From contig CATOCA020000076.1 of the NCBI GenBank assembly GCA_951406725.2, positions 1 through 8,347 of the forward strand: DNA of 8,347 bases, written 5' to 3'. Below, piece after piece: positions 1 through 8,347 of the stretch. Source of the stretch: Octopus vulgaris (lineage: Eukaryota). Numbering within the stretch: the stretch's first letter is position 1; every line of letters begins with the position of its first letter. Below the pieces are notes generated by a model that did no database searches, had not been told where the DNA came from, and saw only the letters and a program-made list of their open reading frames with translations. A program made the position numbers and the translations under genes.

Positions 1-3967
<3,967 letters not shown>

Positions 3968-3990
3968 AAGATTAATTTAAATATATATTC

Positions 3991-4043
3991 AACAAAACAA
4001 AAAAAAAAAAAAAAAAAACAAAAAAAAAAAAAACAAACTAAAA
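3991..4043 (+). repeat. Poly-A tract with sparse C/T interruptions
   Basis: Seen directly: aacaaaac, two long A runs separated by single Cs, ending in caaactaaaa. Confidence 0.9.
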
Positions 4044-4360
4044 GATACATTTCTACAACTTCGCTTAACTTTTAAATAGAGAAAAAAATCATGTAGTTAT
4101 AATAATAAAATAATTAACATTAAGCAGTAAGTCTGTTGTAGGTGACCCTAAATGCCGGAAAGGGGAGAAGGTGTAGGAGTTAAGAAAAATCATATATAAA
4201 ACAGTAATAATCATATATATAAAAGAAACTGAAATCCTATTTTATAACATAGTTCTAATATATATACGATTCTTAAAAGACAATAACCATTCGTTTTTAT
4301 ATTGAAAATCCCAAAATATATTTATATATAATTTATATAATATATATAATATATATTCCC

Positions 4361-4606
4361 AAAACAAAAAAAAAATAAAATTACATAAACCAAAGAACAC
4401 AATAGACAAACACACACACACACACAAACAACCAAAAAACATAAAAAAACATAAACAACAAATATACACAAAAATAAGACAAAAAAACACACACAAAGAC
4501 AAAAAACAAAAAACAACAAACACAACATATAATAACACTTTTATATAATAATATAATAATAAAAATAATATATATATATATAAAAAATAAAAATATATAT
4601 ATATAT
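4361..4606. repeat. A/C-rich low-complexity tract grading into AAT/AT repeats
   Basis: Seen directly: short A runs punctuated by C, short (CA)n and very few G. There is no stable period. Confidence 0.8.
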
Positions 4607-4778
4607 ATTTTCAATAAGATACATACATATTGTGGAACAAACTTATATACAGATTTATTAATTAATTATATATTCTTCCCAAAACAAAAAAAAAGATACA
4701 TACTACCCAAATCATATACATATGTGCTCGGTGCTTAAATTAGAAACAATTATATAATGATATATTAAAGAGGATGGC

Positions 4779-4832
<54 letters not shown>
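4779..4832. repeat. (AAT)18 trinucleotide microsatellite
   Basis: Perfect AAT run seen directly. It produces the poly-Leu in the ORF track. Confidence 0.95.
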
Positions 4833-4833
<1 letters not shown>

Positions 4834-4952
4834 TATATATATAAAACACAACAAGAATAAAAATCTTAAACAACACATGTATATATAAAACACACACAAC
4901 AAAAAAAATACACACACAACAGTTGTTTGACCTTAACCAGTTGAGCATGTCC

Positions 4953-4954
<2 letters not shown>

Positions 4955-4995
<41 letters not shown>
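4955..4995. repeat. (AC)20 dinucleotide microsatellite
   Basis: Perfect AC run seen directly. Confidence 0.95.
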
Positions 4996-4996
<1 letters not shown>

Positions 4997-5036
4997 TCTT
5001 ATATTTGAATAATTATAAAACGTGGGTGGTTTTTTC

Positions 5037-5038
<2 letters not shown>

Positions 5039-5080
<42 letters not shown>
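5039..5080. repeat. (CA)21 dinucleotide microsatellite
   Basis: Perfect CA run seen directly. Confidence 0.95.
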
Positions 5081-5081
<1 letters not shown>

Positions 5082-5101
5082 GAAAACACACAACCCCCAC
5101 C

Positions 5102-5241
5102 TATATATATATATACATATATATATATTTATATGTATTATACATTTATATATACATATATATATGCCTATCTGTATATATATACTAGTCATATATATAC
5201 TTTCATATACATATATATATATCATATACATATATATATAC

Positions 5242-5273
<32 letters not shown>

Positions 5274-5352
5274 TAATATAATAACAACAACAACAACAAC
5301 AATATATTGAACAACAAAAAAAAATTATATTATAATTATTATATATATATAT
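5102..5352. repeat. Compound microsatellite: degenerate (TA)n, (AAT)9 at 5246-5272, (AAC)6 at 5283-5300, short A run and (AT)n
   Basis: Seen directly. Confidence 0.85.
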
Positions 5353-5516
5353 TAAAAGTTTATAGTTTTATATAAAAATTGCTGTTTATTACTTACATAT
5401 TTACCTTACATATTATATATCATTATAATATATATATATATACATATCTGTGTATATTGTGCTTATTATTTTGAATGCTATTATGGAATTCTAGCAATAA
5501 TCGACTTAATCGATAT

Positions 5517-5707
5517 TTTGTTCAAATATTACCTGCAATTGCATTGAATAACAGATTTTTCAGAAAATCACAGGTATAACTTCATTAATATAAAGGATGC
5601 ATATGCTTTATGATAGACCACTTATCGTCATAATTCTCCATCCCATTAACCTTTAGGCTCCATATGTATTTAGAAAGTGGAGTGGCAAAACATTTTATAT
5701 ATTTGAG
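5517..5707 (-). mobile_element. Degenerate fragment of a Penelope-like retroelement (PLE) GIY-YIG endonuclease, C-terminal half
   Basis: Manual translation of the minus strand from 5707 gives LKYIKCFATPLSKYIWSLKVNGMENYDDKWSIIKHMHPLY**SYTCDFLKNLLFNAIAGNI*, with YLNK in a shifted frame at 5528-5517. This matches the pattern I recall for invertebrate PLE endonucleases: T-x-LSK(Y/H)IW-x-LK-x(4-6)-Y-x-x-KW-x-I(I/L), then P-x7-C, then LNK. In-frame stops and a frameshift mark it as a dead copy. Recognised by eye, with no search run. Confidence 0.62.
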
Positions 5708-6231
5708 CTAATGTAGTTTTCAGTGTAACTTCTAAAGATTTTGTGAGTATTGTATAGCACAATACAACAACACACACACAACAATAATAATAAAACATAA
5801 ATAAACATAAGAGGGACACACCCCCTGCATTGAAGTAAGAAAATGCTAGAAACACCAACACTATCACCTCTCACCACTATTTAATATATATAAATAGCAT
5901 ATATATATATATATACTTTGTTACAAGACTCTTCGTGATAGTGGATAAATCACACCCACACCATAAGAAATATATACAAAAAAGCCGGATGATCACAGTT
6001 GAAGCATCATTGATGTGTCCACAAAACGATCCACTGAAATAACACACAGAAAGAGCAACAGCAACACAACAGAACATAACAGACACACACACACATAAGT
6101 AATAAAAATATAATATAAACACACACACACACACACACACACACAATAATATATATACATATATATATATATACATATATATACGGCAGATAACACACAA
6201 GAGAAAATACAAACACAAAAACAAAAGAAAA

Positions 6232-8061
<1,830 letters not shown>

Positions 8062-8118
8062 AAGCCAGCGAGCGATCGTATCTCATCCCTATTCACTCGC
8101 TACACCTTCAGAGAAAAC

Positions 8119-8347
8119 ACAGACTTCCAAAAATGGCCAGCTAAGTCAATCTCATCCTGCTCTTTTCATATTTTGTTTGGATAGCTTGATCTGTTCTCCC
8201 TTCGTTCCTCTATTCTCTAAACATGGCGACTTCATGCATTGCATTTTTAAAGTTTATTTTCCTTCAGTGCCATCTTCGATGTTTATCCCATTCTCCTCCG
8301 AAAATATGCCCCCTCGTCTCTTACCGTATTTTTTCATCATTTATCTA
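8119..8347 (+). mobile_element. Possible highly decayed non-LTR (CR1/L2/Jockey-group-like) ORF2 fragment, region just upstream of the RT domain
   Basis: Three short peptides occur in the expected order but across frameshifts: TDFQK/MAS*VN (8119-8150), [14 protein letters not shown] (from 8213) and [27 protein letters not shown] (8266-end). They are reminiscent of TDxxxMAxxLN ... FSxxDV ... SAGPDGxPxILLKKCAP. The diagnostic GPDG is not conserved, so this may be chance. Confidence 0.27.

Noticed and set aside
4242-5276. Short hydrophobic ORFs (F/C/V/L-rich) that look like membrane proteins or U-rich edited mitochondrial transcripts
   Set aside because: The hydrophobicity comes from T/G-rich low-complexity sequence on the minus strand and from (AAT)n/(CA)n. 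There are no conserved respiratory-chain motifs.
5582-5587. In-frame TGA in the PLE relic as selenocysteine recoding (reported for some PLEs)
   Set aside because: The TGA is directly preceded by TAA, does not fall at an expected Cys position, and no SECIS-like hairpin is evident. Ordinary decay or sequence error is simpler.
5708-5748. Possible 19-nt micro-exon on the + strand (ctaat..ttttcag / 5724-5742 / gtgagt)
   Set aside because: Such short signals are common by chance. An extra AG lies between the branch-like site and the acceptor, and the region abuts the antisense PLE relic. There is no support without RNA-seq.
5980-6020. Minus-strand HINDAS..DHPA resembling the YIxxxSNHPP motif of the PLE RT thumb
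   Set aside because: It needs a frameshift, the match is weak, and it lies much closer to the linker and endonuclease than expected.
5340-6060. Hammerhead ribozyme or pseudo-LTR expected with Penelope-like elements
   Set aside because: I found no CTGAnGA...GAAA core on either strand and no terminal repeat.
8067-8101. Imperfect hairpin agcgagcga / tcactcgct next to the array end
   Set aside because: The stem is only 9 bp with a mismatch and a 17-nt loop, and has no RNA-family features.

Overview
The window looks like eukaryotic, AT-rich, non-coding DNA. About 70% of it is two giant interrupted (TA)n/(TATATACA)-type microsatellite arrays (~1-3967 and ~6248-8061). They flank a ~2.3 kb island of short unique stretches mixed with (CA)n, (AAT)n, (AAC)n and poly-A tracts, and ~285 bp of unique sequence closes the window. 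All long ORFs in the supplied track are artefacts: an alternating pyrimidine-purine sequence cannot contain a stop codon in any frame. The best real signal is absent from the ORF track. It is a short minus-strand frame (5707-5585, ...ATPLSKYIWSLKVNGMENYDDKWSIIKH...) that resembles the C-terminal half of the GIY-YIG endonuclease of Penelope-like retroelements, with degenerate flanking motifs in the expected order. A weaker possible LINE ORF2 relic lies at the right edge. I find no intact gene, RNA gene or CRISPR array, and no evidence for a new biological system. Some of the low-complexity sequence may be a sequencing or consensus artefact. All homology calls come from motif recognition by eye and need database confirmation.
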